A stretch of 64,000 nucleotides of DNA from an uncultured Phycisphaerales bacterium (GCA_903845195.1 CAIMWO010000057.1:9186-73185), one strand, 5' to 3'; shown: positions 1-8,884, counted from the first letter of the stretch. Numbers and translations: made by a program. Notes: generated by a model not told the origin, from the sequence alone.

Positions 1-8
1 GTTTGTGT

Positions 9-554
9 TCATTTCGGGTAGTCCGATTTTTGGGCCCAGTCGAGTTCGACGGAGCCGGGGATGCCGTGGTATTCGCGGGGGAAGGCGTAATCTTTGCGGA
101 GGGGGTGTCCGACCCAGTCATCGGGGAGGAGGATGCGGCGGGGGTGTGTGCCGAGGTGGTCGGTGACGGAGTCTGGGTGGTTGGTGAAGCGGATGCCGAG
201 GAGGTCGAAGGTTTCGCGTTCGTGCCAGTCGGCGGCGCGCCAGAGGTGGGCGACGGAGGGGATTTCGGGGTGATCGCGGGGGACGGAGACTTTGATGCAG
301 AGTTCGTGGCCGAGGTCGAAGCTGAGGAGGTCGTAGGCGGCACAGAGTTGGCGGCGGTCGGGGTAATCGAGGCCGGTGAGGCAGCGGAGGAGGTCGAACT
401 GGAGTTGGTGGTCGTTGCGGAGGAAGGCGGCGATTTCGAGCCAATGGGCGGCGGGGACAGCGATCCAGGGGTGGAGGGTGTCTAAGGAGGAGGCGGTGAC
501 GGCGTGGGGGCCGAAGCGTTGGAGGATGAGTTGGGCGATGTCGGAGGGTGACAT
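9..554 (-). CDS. nuoC: NADH-quinone oxidoreductase subunit C
   Basis: ORF 9..752(-). The C-terminal part fits the NuoC/Nqo5 pattern (HLWRAADWHERETFDLLGIRFTNHPD...RRILLPDDW). I moved the start to the internal ATG at 554 (MSPSDIAQL) because the upstream 66 codons are S/P-rich low complexity. Confidence 0.85.
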   Translation of the reverse strand: MSPSDIAQLILQRFGPHAVTASSLDTLHPWIAVPAAHWLEIAAFLRNDHQLQFDLLRCLTGLDYPDRRQLCAAYDLLSFDLGHELCIKVSVPRDHPEIPSVAHLWRAADWHERETFDLLGIRFTNHPDSVTDHLGTHPRRILLPDDWVGHPLRKDYAFPREYHGIPGSVELDWAQKSDYPK

Positions 555-734
555 GCGGGCTCCAATAAGGGTGTTTTCGGGTGGTTTTAGAGATGAGGAA
601 GTGTAGCCGATGCGGTGCGGGATGTCATCGGTTGGGGGTGGGGAAGAAGAGGAAAGGGTAATTCTACGGTGTGTTTCTGTTGACCCGGTGGCATACGCCA
701 GTAAGATGAGGCCGATTGGCGAAGAAGGAGTCCA

Positions 735-1877
735 ATGATGGCGTTGCGTCACTTGATGTTGTCGGCTGTGGCTGTGGTCGGATTGTGCGGTGCGCTAGGG
801 CTTTCGGGATGCGAGAGCGTGGAGAGCCGCATGGCCAGGACGTACACTGGCGATCTGGACATTCTTTCGTTGCAGCACGCGGGGCTGCGTCCGCGCTGGA
901 CGCACACGGTGGGACTGGCGCCGAATGAGAAGTTGAAGAATGTGTGGCGCGTGGGGGATGCGATTTATGCGGCGACATCGCAGGGGCACCTGGTGTCGGT
1001 ATCGGCCAGCGCGGGAACGCGGAACTGGGATGTCGATATCGGAGTGACGGCGCACGACATTTTCCGGCCGGCGCTGTCGACGGATGGCAAGGACGTGATC
1101 ATCATCAACCAGGGGAAGGTGATGGCCGTGAACAAGCTGACCGGGGGAATTGTTGCGACGCGCGACCTGGGATTTTTCGCGACGACCGATCCTTATATTA
1201 TGGACAATGTTCTGTGCGTGGGGAGTTCGCACCACTTCTACGGATTGTTCCTCGATCCGCTGGGCGGAAAGAAGTGGAATATTCCGGCGGCACAGGATTA
1301 TTTTGTAGCACGTCCGGCGCCGGTCGGTCCGAACGGCACGGCGCTGATTGTTGCGGGGGCCGAGACGGGATTGCTGTGGCGTTTGCAGGTGGCGGATGGA
1401 GATCCGGTGTGGCGCGACCGCAAGGTCAACGGGCATGTGACGGCAGGTCTTGCATCGGATTTGCGTAACGTGTACGTGGCATGCATGGACGGGCGCGTGT
1501 ATGCGTTCGATCAGAATAACGGCGGATCTCTGTGGGATACGCTGCTGGAAGGGAAATTGAATCTAGCGCCGGTATCGGCAAGTGCTGCGACGCTGCTGGT
1601 TCCGACGACGGGCGGCGGGCTGTACGCGTTGTCGACGGAAAAGGGTGACATCAAATGGCGGTTGCCGGACATTTCGAAGATCGGAACGGTCACGGGCGAC
1701 AAGTTCTACGCAGGCGACAAGGACGGGAACCTGTTGTGCATCCTGGTGGATACCGGCGAGATTCTTTCGAAGGTTAAGTTTCCGGGCCTGGCGAATGTGT
1801 TGCCGAACCGCACGGACAACCTGGTTTACGTGGAGCTGAAGGATGGGCGGATCGTGGCGCTGGAGCCGTCGAAGTAA
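735..1877 (+). CDS. PQQ-like beta-propeller repeat lipoprotein (BamB-like)
   Basis: Signal peptide with a canonical lipobox (GLSGC). Repeated ...G.VYA.. / DG.L.A.D..TG motifs are typical of PQQ/BamB-type propellers. Confidence 0.6.
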   Translation: MMALRHLMLSAVAVVGLCGALGLSGCESVESRMARTYTGDLDILSLQHAGLRPRWTHTVGLAPNEKLKNVWRVGDAIYAATSQGHLVSVSASAGTRNWDVDIGVTAHDIFRPALSTDGKDVIIINQGKVMAVNKLTGGIVATRDLGFFATTDPYIMDNVLCVGSSHHFYGLFLDPLGGKKWNIPAAQDYFVARPAPVGPNGTALIVAGAETGLLWRLQVADGDPVWRDRKVNGHVTAGLASDLRNVYVACMDGRVYAFDQNNGGSLWDTLLEGKLNLAPVSASAATLLVPTTGGGLYALSTEKGDIKWRLPDISKIGTVTGDKFYAGDKDGNLLCILVDTGEILSKVKFPGLANVLPNRTDNLVYVELKDGRIVALEPSK

Positions 1878-1887
1878 GGAATTGCTT

Positions 1888-1924
1888 GAGAAGCAAGAAG
1901 TAAGAATCAAGAAGCAAGAAGTAA
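1888..1924. repeat. Heptamer tandem tract, AGAAGCA family
   Basis: gagaagcaagaagtaagaatcaagaagcaagaagtaa has a 7-nt period. The same family recurs at 3663-3696, 3741-3780 (inverted), 6044-6070 and 10561-10595. Confidence 0.8.
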
Positions 1925-1946
1925 TCGATATTTAGTGAATTACACT

Positions 1947-1990
1947 GCGGCACGATTGCGACTGCGATCGTGCCGCGGCGTTTCTATTTG
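1947..1990 (+). terminator. Intrinsic terminator candidate
   Basis: A 10-bp perfect stem (GCGGCACGAT / ATCGTGCCGC) with a 10-nt loop is followed by a T-rich run (cgtttctatttg), downstream of the lipoprotein gene. Confidence 0.6.
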
Positions 1991-2001
1991 ATGAGGATGA
2001 C

Positions 2002-3657
2002 ATGCACGTTCCGACCCAATCGACGACTCCCGAGATGGTGCAGATCAAGCGGGCGCTGATCAGCGTTTCCGACAAGAGCGGCATCGTGGAATTTGCTGCG
2101 GCGCTGCAGAAGGAATTCGGGGTGGAGCTGGTTTCGACGGGGGGAACGGCCAAGGCGCTGCGCGAGGCGGGGCTGAAGGTGGCGGACATTTCGGAGGTGA
2201 CGGGGTTTCCGGAGATGATGGATGGGCGGGTCAAGACGCTGCATCCGAAGGTGCACGGCGGATTCCTGGCGCTGCGGGATAATCCGGAGCACCTGGCGGC
2301 GATGGAGAAGCATGGGATTCAGCCGATCGACCTGGTGTGCGTGAATCTGTATCCGTTTGAGGCGACGGTGGCGAAGCCGGGGTGCACGTTTGTCGAGGCG
2401 ATTGAGAATATCGACATCGGCGGGCCGGCGATGATTCGGTCGGCGGCGAAGAATCACCGGTCGATCTGCGTGGTGACGGACGCGGTGCAGTACGAGAAGG
2501 TGCTCAAGCACATGCGAGCGAATAACGGGGCGACGCCATACCGGTTCCGGCTGGACCTGGCGATGTGGGCGTATACGCGGACGGCGCAGTACGACGCGGC
2601 GATTTATCCATACCTGGCGGCGGCGTATTTCAAGGAGGATGCGGAAAAGGTGGCGGAGCAGAAGGGATTGCTGCCGGCGCTGACGCCACGATTGAAGAAA
2701 ATTTCGGATCTGCGGTATGGGGAGAATCCGCACCAGGCGGCGGCGTTTTACGAAAATGCAGAATGCCGTGGGCAGAACGGGGGATCGGTTTCGACGGCGA
2801 AGCAACTGCATGGCAAGGCGCTGTCGTACATCAATATTCTGGATGCGGATGCGGCGATCGAGCTGGCGCGGGAGTTTTCGCAGCCGGGTGCGGCGGTGAT
2901 CAAGCATACAAATCCGTGCGGCTGCGCGATCGGCCGGACGCTGGCGGAGGCGTTTGACCTGGCGTATGCGGGCGATCCGGTGGCGGCGTTCGGGGGGATC
3001 GTGGCGTTGAACCGCGAGGTGGATGAGGAGACGGCGAATCACATTGTATCCGGGAAGCGGTTTCTGGAGGTGGTGATTGCGCCGGGGTATACGCCGGGGG
3101 CGCTGGTGACGCTCAAGGATCGGTGGAAGGACTGCCGGATACTGGCGACGGGGCCGCTGGGGGGCGGAGCGGCGAAGGGCGGCGGGGAGTTGCAGTACCG
3201 GTCGGTGACGGGCGGGGTGCTGGTGCAGCAGCGGGATGTGGCGGGGTTCGATCGGGGGGCGTTTACGGTGGCGTCGGTGACGCAGCCGAGCGAGGAACAG
3301 TGGCGGGATCTGGAGTTCATCTGGCTGACGACCAAGCATGTGAAGAGCAATGCGATTGCGCTGGCCAAGGGCGGACAATTGCTAGCTGCGGGAGCGGGCC
3401 AGATGTCGCGGGTGACATCGTCGAAGCTGGCGATTGAACTGGCGCGGCAGAATGGGCATGGCGATGCGATCAAGGGCGCGGCGGCGGGATCGGATGCGTT
3501 TTTCCCGTTTGCAGATGGGCCGGAAATTTTGATCAGTGCAGGTGTGACGGCGATCATCCAGCCGGGCGGGTCGAAGAAAGATCAGGATACAATTGATCTG
3601 TGCAACAAGCATAACGTGGTGCTGGTGATGACGGGGCGGAGGCATTTCGCGCACTGA
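2002..3657 (+). CDS. purH: Bifunctional AICAR formyltransferase / IMP cyclohydrolase
   Basis: Full-length PurH-like sequence (ALISVSDKSGIVEFA, STGGTAK, MDGRVKTLHPKVHGG, C-terminal IQPGGSKKD...MTGRRHFAH). An alternative start is the ATG at 2035 (MVQIKRAL). Confidence 0.95.
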   Translation: MHVPTQSTTPEMVQIKRALISVSDKSGIVEFAAALQKEFGVELVSTGGTAKALREAGLKVADISEVTGFPEMMDGRVKTLHPKVHGGFLALRDNPEHLAAMEKHGIQPIDLVCVNLYPFEATVAKPGCTFVEAIENIDIGGPAMIRSAAKNHRSICVVTDAVQYEKVLKHMRANNGATPYRFRLDLAMWAYTRTAQYDAAIYPYLAAAYFKEDAEKVAEQKGLLPALTPRLKKISDLRYGENPHQAAAFYENAECRGQNGGSVSTAKQLHGKALSYINILDADAAIELAREFSQPGAAVIKHTNPCGCAIGRTLAEAFDLAYAGDPVAAFGGIVALNREVDEETANHIVSGKRFLEVVIAPGYTPGALVTLKDRWKDCRILATGPLGGGAAKGGGELQYRSVTGGVLVQQRDVAGFDRGAFTVASVTQPSEEQWRDLEFIWLTTKHVKSNAIALAKGGQLLAAGAGQMSRVTSSKLAIELARQNGHGDAIKGAAAGSDAFFPFADGPEILISAGVTAIIQPGGSKKDQDTIDLCNKHNVVLVMTGRRHFAH

Positions 3658-3662
3658 GGTGC

Positions 3663-3780
3663 GAGAAGCAAGAAACAAGAATTAAGAAGCAAGAATGGCT
3701 GACGCCGGGAATGGGGTTTCCATCGCCGGGATGGCTATTTCTATTCTTGATTCCTGCTTCTTGCTTCTTGATTCTTTCTT
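3663..3780. terminator. Inverted heptamer tracts between convergent purH and yggS (possible bidirectional terminator)
   Basis: An AGAAGCA-type tract (3663-3696) faces its reverse complement (3741-3780) across a spacer of about 45 nt. The two can pair as a long imperfect hairpin. Confidence 0.4.
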
Positions 3781-4508
3781 TATCCGAATAGGGCGGTGCC
3801 GATGCGGACGATGGTGGCGCCTTCTTCGATGGCGACCTGGTAGTCGCCGGACATGCCCATGGAGAGGTGTTTGAAGCGTTCGCCGCCGATTTTTCGGAAG
3901 CGGATTTCTTCGAAGATTTCGCGGAGGCGGGTGAAGTGGGGGCGGGCGTTTTCGGGGTTCTGGGAGTAGGGGGCCATGCACATGAGGCCGACGAGGCGGA
4001 CCTGATCCATGGTGTCGATCTGCTCGGCGAGGTGGAGGGCGGCGCCGACGGCGCAGCCGAACTTGGTGCCTTCGCCGGCGACGTTGACTTCGAGCAGGGC
4101 TTCCATCGGTTTGGCGGTTTTTTCCGCTTCATCCTGAATTTCTTCAGCGAGGCGGAGGGAATCGATGCTGTGGATCATGCGGACGATGCCCATGACGTGG
4201 CGGACCTTGTTGCGCTGCAGGTGGCCGATCATGTGCCAGCGGATATCGGCGGGGGCAGGGAGTTTTTTTTCTGTGCGGCCTTGCTGGCGGAGGAGCCATT
4301 CTTCGATCTGGGCGGAGCGCTGCTGGAGTTGCAGGACGCGGCTTTCGCCGAGGTCGTGCAGGCCGATTTCGATGAGTTGTTTGATTTGATCGGGGGTGGC
4401 GGACTTGGTGACGCCGACAAGGGTGATTTCGGAGAGATCGCGCCGGCCCTTGGCCGCGGCGGCGGCGATGTTGTCGCGGATCTTTTTATACTTATCTTGT
4501 ACGCCCAT
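3780..4508 (-). CDS. yggS: YggS-family pyridoxal-phosphate homeostasis protein
   Basis: 242 aa. LVGVTKSATPDQI...GESRVLQL...WHMIGHLQRNKV...LSMGMSGDYQVAIEEGATIVRIGTALFG is the YggS/PROSC signature. Confidence 0.9.
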   Translation of the reverse strand: MGVQDKYKKIRDNIAAAAAKGRRDLSEITLVGVTKSATPDQIKQLIEIGLHDLGESRVLQLQQRSAQIEEWLLRQQGRTEKKLPAPADIRWHMIGHLQRNKVRHVMGIVRMIHSIDSLRLAEEIQDEAEKTAKPMEALLEVNVAGEGTKFGCAVGAALHLAEQIDTMDQVRLVGLMCMAPYSQNPENARPHFTRLREIFEEIRFRKIGGERFKHLSMGMSGDYQVAIEEGATIVRIGTALFG

Positions 4509-4641
4509 GCATTTCCTCTTTTTGCGTCGGGGCTATTATCGCTGAACGCGGGCAAACGTCCACCGGGTGGAGGTGGGCAAATTTTGCGTGGTGATTTTGG
4601 GGAGGCGTCAGGCGGATTAGCGCTGCATAGCTAACTGACGT

Positions 4642-4680
4642 AAATTAGCCACAAATGAACACGAATGAACACAAAGACTG
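4642..4680. repeat. Solo copy of the TTAGCCACAAATGAACACGAATGAACACAAA element
   Basis: It is nearly identical to both arms of the inverted repeat at 53264-53391. Confidence 0.8.
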
Positions 4681-4728
4681 AATTGGACCACGCGGTGGCG
4701 AATGGCGGGCTTCTTGGGGGAGAGGCTG

Positions 4729-5793
4729 TCAGGCGGCTTCGATGAGGTCGTCGGTAATGGGGGCGATGCGGCCGGCGTGGAGTTGTTCATCGTAATCTTT
4801 GCGCCAGTCCTGGAACGCGGAGACGACGGTTTCGAAATCGGCGGCGGAGTTGATTTGGCGCATGGGGTCCTTGAGCTTGCGGCAGGGGGACATGGTGCGT
4901 GCGTACCAACTGATGCGCTTGCGGAATTCGAGCACGGCGATTTGTTCTGTGCGGTACTGGCAGAGGCCGTGGAAATGGCGGCGGATCATGGCGCATTTTT
5001 CGTCGATGGTGGGCTCGGCGGGGATGATGCCGGTGGTGAGGTGGCTCCAGATGTCGCGGAAGAGCCAGGGGCGGATGAGTGCGCCGCGGCCGATCATGAT
5101 GCCGGCGCAGCGGGTGTATTCGATCATGTGGCGGGCGTCTTCGGGGGTTCGGACGTCGCCGTTGCCGATGACGGGGATGCGTTGGACGCTGGCGACGACC
5201 TGGGCGATGCCGTCGAGGCGGGCCTGACCGGTGAATTTCATGGCGGTGGTGCGGCCGTGGATGGTGATGAGGCTGACGCCGACATCTTCGAGGCGGCGCG
5301 CGAGGTAGGGGGCGACGATGGAGGAGTCATCCCAGCCGAGGCGGAGTTTGCAGGTGAGGGGCGTGCGGAGGAGGCAGGATTTGATTTGTTCGACCATGCG
5401 GAGGGTTTGGTCGGGGTTGCAGAGGAGTTTGGAGCCGCCGTCTTTCTTGGTGACTTTGTCGACGGGGCAGCCCATGTTGATGTCGATGACGTGGGCGCCG
5501 CGGTCTTCGGCCCACATGGCGGCTTCGCAGAGGCGGTCGATGTCGCTGCCGTAGAGCTGCATGCAGAGGGGGGAATCTTCGGGGCAGGTGGCGGCGAGTT
5601 CGAGGGAGCGTTTGTTTTCGCGGAGGACGCCTTCGGGGCAGAGGAGGTCGGTGGAGGCCATGCCGACGCCGCCGCAGGAACGGGCGACGAGGCGGAAGGC
5701 GAGGTCGCAGTAGCCGGCGATGGGTGCGAGGAGGAGGTTGGTGGCTAAGCGGAGGGGGCCGATGGTGAGAGGGATGGGGGCGGTGGGAAGCAT
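4729..5793 (-). CDS. dus: tRNA-dihydrouridine synthase
   Basis: 354 aa. LAPIAGYCDLAFR, DINMGCP..KV, TIHGRT and GNGD motifs of the Dus family are present. Confidence 0.9.
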   Translation of the reverse strand: MLPTAPIPLTIGPLRLATNLLLAPIAGYCDLAFRLVARSCGGVGMASTDLLCPEGVLRENKRSLELAATCPEDSPLCMQLYGSDIDRLCEAAMWAEDRGAHVIDINMGCPVDKVTKKDGGSKLLCNPDQTLRMVEQIKSCLLRTPLTCKLRLGWDDSSIVAPYLARRLEDVGVSLITIHGRTTAMKFTGQARLDGIAQVVASVQRIPVIGNGDVRTPEDARHMIEYTRCAGIMIGRGALIRPWLFRDIWSHLTTGIIPAEPTIDEKCAMIRRHFHGLCQYRTEQIAVLEFRKRISWYARTMSPCRKLKDPMRQINSAADFETVVSAFQDWRKDYDEQLHAGRIAPITDDLIEAA

Positions 5794-5837
5794 GAGGGAA
5801 AGTTTAGCAGATTGGGGGGGGGGAGAGAAATTCAGAA

Positions 5838-6080
5838 TTCAGAGTTCGGAATTCAGAATGGGGGGACGACGTTACCACGAAGACGCGAAGTGCACGAAGG
5901 ATCACGAATTTTCACCACAGAGTCACAGGGGGACGGAGGACGCACAGAGAGTTCAGAATTTAGAGTACGAAATTCAGAATGACGGGGCGGAGGGGGTGGC
6001 AAGGTGACATGGTGACAAGGGGCCGTTCATTCTGGCTTCTTGGTTCTTGATTCCTGCTTCTTACTTCTTGGTACTGGCCA
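5838..6080. repeat. Composite of at least five different short-period tandem tracts
   Basis: Consecutive tracts are AATTCAG-type (5838-5869, 5951-5990), CACGAAG-type (5884-5918), CACAGAG-type (5923-5950), GGTGACA-type (6009-6028) and CTTCTTG-type (6044-6070). Confidence 0.8.
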
Positions 6081-6125
6081 CTCGATTGTTCTTTCCAAAG
6101 CGGGGGGAGGCGGTAAGATGGGGTC

Positions 6126-6653
6126 ATGCGACGATGTTGGATCATCAGGGGGATTTTTGTGGTGCCGGTACTGCTCTGCGCATTCGGGTGGTGGTGGAGT
6201 GGAACGCATATTAGCCGAAGCGTCTATTTTCATCAGGGACGATCGGTAACATGTCTTCTGTGGCATGGTCACATTGACCTTATTTTTGCGCGGGACTATC
6301 AAAGTTGGTCCAGCGGCTGGGGGTTTAGTTCTTCCACTGAGGCTGCCCAGTTTTGGCCCGGAGCCTACGATCGTCCCCGGTACGGTTTCGGCGTTCAGCA
6401 TCGTGGGCGTGATCACTATTACGATACCAGCTTGGTAGTTCCGTTCTGGTTTCTCAACGTCGTGTTTTCGGCGATCTTGTTTGTAGTCTGGCGAAAGACG
6501 GGGGCCAAGGTTCGGGCGGCGGCGGCGTTTCCGGTGGAGGTTGCTGCCGCTAAGGCAATCACGGCTAATGCTTGGCATACGCTAACTGCTCCCGACACGT
6601 TGGTGGCACCGAATACAGCCCCGACAAATCAAATTGGAAACACAGCGACCTGA
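6126..6653 (+). CDS. Small two-TM protein, divergent member of the four-copy paralogue family
   Basis: MRRCWIIRGIFVVPVLLCAFGWWWS...PFWFLNVVFSAILFVVWRKTG...AAFPVE aligns with the ORFs at 8946, 9478 and 10026. It has an extra C-terminal tail of about 30 aa. TAAGAT lies 6 nt upstream of the ATG. Confidence 0.65.
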   Translation: MRRCWIIRGIFVVPVLLCAFGWWWSGTHISRSVYFHQGRSVTCLLWHGHIDLIFARDYQSWSSGWGFSSSTEAAQFWPGAYDRPRYGFGVQHRGRDHYYDTSLVVPFWFLNVVFSAILFVVWRKTGAKVRAAAAFPVEVAAAKAITANAWHTLTAPDTLVAPNTAPTNQIGNTAT

Positions 6654-6679
6654 CCTTGATTGCTCAATAAAGGCAAAAG

Positions 6680-8239
6680 ATGAGACATTCCATCACTACG
6701 GTGTTCATGATCATTTTGATATGCATCGCGGCACCTAGCTGTGCTGATCGGCCTGTGCCCAGACCGGCGAACGCTTCTTCGCAGGCCGCGCCAGCCACGC
6801 AGCCGACGACAACGGATCGTACAAAGCATTGGAATATTATCCTCGGCGAAATTACCTCGTGGGTCCGGAACGACGACGTTCCACATGGCATTTTCGTTGT
6901 GACCATAGAAATAAGAACAATCAGTGACAAACAGGGAAAAATTGAGCCCGGTACCCTGGTACGTGTGCAGGCCGAATACTCGCTGGGACCGGTGTTCACT
7001 AATTCAGGCCACGACCTTCCCGCAAAGGAACCCAACGGCTCTATCATCGCGTGGCTGGTTGCTGAGACCGAGACCAAGAACAGATACGAGTTCTTAACTG
7101 CCGAACTTCATTGGGGCCTGATAGAAAACGATGCGATTCCGCCGGTGAAGTTGGCCGACGCCAGGGCCGCGTTTGCGGAATCGACCATGACAGACGCTCT
7201 AGGCGAGCCGAAGGAGTCCGAACACAGGCGTGCCTACGAATTGATCAATGGAAACAACGATTACCTGTGGTCATTGGGCGTGTGGCGGCTTTCCCGGAAG
7301 GCCACCCGGTCAGACTATGGAATATTGAAAAAGCTCTATGTTGAGCAAGACCTTACGATAAAACAGGCGTACTGGCTTGATTCCTGTATCGGATCAATGG
7401 CCAGTGCTGACCATGAGTATCCTGATGACCACGTATGTCATGGCCTCTTGTTTGAGTACTTGCGGAAGCATCAGCACAAATTGGCTGCTACGCATCCCGC
7501 AAAGCAACAAAATAGTCCGGCCACGCAGGCCGCTCCAGCGACGGCTCCAGCGCAGGAGAATATCGTTTTAGGCGAAGTGATATCGTGGAAGGAAGAAGCT
7601 GCGGATCAGAACGGGGTCACCGTAGAAACCGTTCAACTCAAGGTGGCGGCCGACAAACAAAGCAATATCAAGCCCGGGGCCGTGGTGAAAGTGATCAAGT
7701 TCCACGAGATGACAGCGATCCGGGAATTTGGACCGCAACTTCCCAAGAAAGTGCCTGACGGGTCCATCGTCGCGTGGCGCATAAAGGCGACCGGCAGCGG
7801 ACAATATGCCTTTCAAACCAGCGATCTTCCTTTCGGGCTGCGCGACGACGATACGATTCCGCCGGAGAAGTTGGCGGACGCCCAAGCGGCACTGGTGGAA
7901 TTCTCGTGGGCGGATGTGCAATGGTCGGTACGACCGTCACGCGCCAACGCGTACGAATTGATCGCGGGGCACAACTATTATCTCTGGGCATTGGGTGTAT
8001 GGCGGATCACTCAAAACGCGACAATGCCGGACATTGAGCGATTGGAGCGACCATTACATAAAGATCTGACGATGGACCAGGTGGTGTGGCTGGATCTGGC
8101 CTTGCGGAATCTTAACCCTGCCGACAACGAGCCACCTACCCTTGCACCGAACTTTCGGGAGCTTCACCAGTTCCTGCGCAGTTGGATGTGGCGTCAAGTC
8201 TATGAGCAGCCGCCAACGATCCAACCAATAATGAAATGA
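6680..8239 (+). CDS. Secreted or lipid-anchored protein with an internal tandem duplication, unknown function
   Basis: N-terminal signal-like helix ending in ..APSC. Two halves (about aa 50-290 and 295-519) align: NI(I/V)LGE(I/V).SW...K.G..V.V, DGSI(I/V)AW, (I/T)PP.KLADA.AA, AYELI.G.N.YLW.LGVWR, DLT..Q..WLD. G+C looks lower than the flanks. Confidence 0.6.
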   Translation: MRHSITTVFMIILICIAAPSCADRPVPRPANASSQAAPATQPTTTDRTKHWNIILGEITSWVRNDDVPHGIFVVTIEIRTISDKQGKIEPGTLVRVQAEYSLGPVFTNSGHDLPAKEPNGSIIAWLVAETETKNRYEFLTAELHWGLIENDAIPPVKLADARAAFAESTMTDALGEPKESEHRRAYELINGNNDYLWSLGVWRLSRKATRSDYGILKKLYVEQDLTIKQAYWLDSCIGSMASADHEYPDDHVCHGLLFEYLRKHQHKLAATHPAKQQNSPATQAAPATAPAQENIVLGEVISWKEEAADQNGVTVETVQLKVAADKQSNIKPGAVVKVIKFHEMTAIREFGPQLPKKVPDGSIVAWRIKATGSGQYAFQTSDLPFGLRDDDTIPPEKLADAQAALVEFSWADVQWSVRPSRANAYELIAGHNYYLWALGVWRITQNATMPDIERLERPLHKDLTMDQVVWLDLALRNLNPADNEPPTLAPNFRELHQFLRSWMWRQVYEQPPTIQPIMK

Positions 8240-8520
8240 AGGGAGCTATGGCGACAACCTCTAGGGCTTTTCGCATGGACGCTGTAACTTCAATAGCGTC
8301 AACATATGGTGATCTACTCCCGGTCCTATGTCTGTGCTACTTACCGTAATGACCCGACATGATTGGCAGTAAATAGGAGGACCAAATTAGGCCTTGAGTC
8401 TTGGGTCTTGGCCAGTGGACAGAAGGTCACCTCGCCATTCTGAATTCATCATTCTGCATTCTGAATTCTTCCCGCCTTCCCGCCCACCAACCCTCATTTT
8501 TGACCTAAAAACGCGGTTTC

Positions 8521-8884
8521 GATGCTTCGGGAGGCTCATCCGGTGCTTCGGGAGCCTCTTCCGATGCTTCGGAAGGCTCATCCGAAGCAGGGAATGCCTC
8601 ATCCGACCCTTCGGAAACCGCATTCTCTGCTTAAAATGGCCCTTTCGACGCTTCGGATGCCTCATTCCATCCATGGAATGCCACGTTCCATGCTTACAAA
8701 GGGTCATTGCATGCTTACATTGAGGCGTTGCAGGCTTACATTGAGGCGTTGTAAGCATGCAAAGGATCATTGCATCCATGCAATGAGGCGTTGCAGGCAT
8801 GAAAAGCCGTTTTTCAGGCTTACAATGAGGTTTTGTAAGCCTGCAATGGGACGTTGGAAGCCTCCATCGAGGCATTGCAATCCC
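8521..8884. repeat. Degenerate tandem array of mini-hairpins with a period of about 21 nt
   Basis: About 17 units of 19-23 nt. Clear stem-loops are at 8566-8588, 8672-8692, 8734-8756, 8757-8775, 8779-8795, 8800-8816, 8818-8840 and 8860-8873. Confidence 0.75.

Noticed and set aside
1984-3378. Long antisense or alternative-frame ORFs overlapping well-supported genes (also 4702..5748, 13213..14184, 14130..15584, 15641..17107, 22162..23574, 23799..25385, 35304..37205, 45859..48009, 56086..57324 and others)
   Set aside because: These are typical high-G+C shadow ORFs. They have Arg/Pro/Gly/Ala-rich low-complexity products, no motifs, and complete overlap with genes that carry clear family signatures.
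8248-8349. 33-codon ORF (MATTSRAFRMDAVTSIASTYGDLLPVLCLCYLP) just after the duplicated-protein gene, with GGGAG upstream
   Set aside because: It is too short and featureless to support from sequence alone. I note it only as a candidate for ribosome profiling.
8521-8884. Possible CRISPR array
   Set aside because: The period is only about 21 nt, with no alternation of constant repeats and unique spacers. All units are degenerate versions of each other, and no cas genes are nearby.
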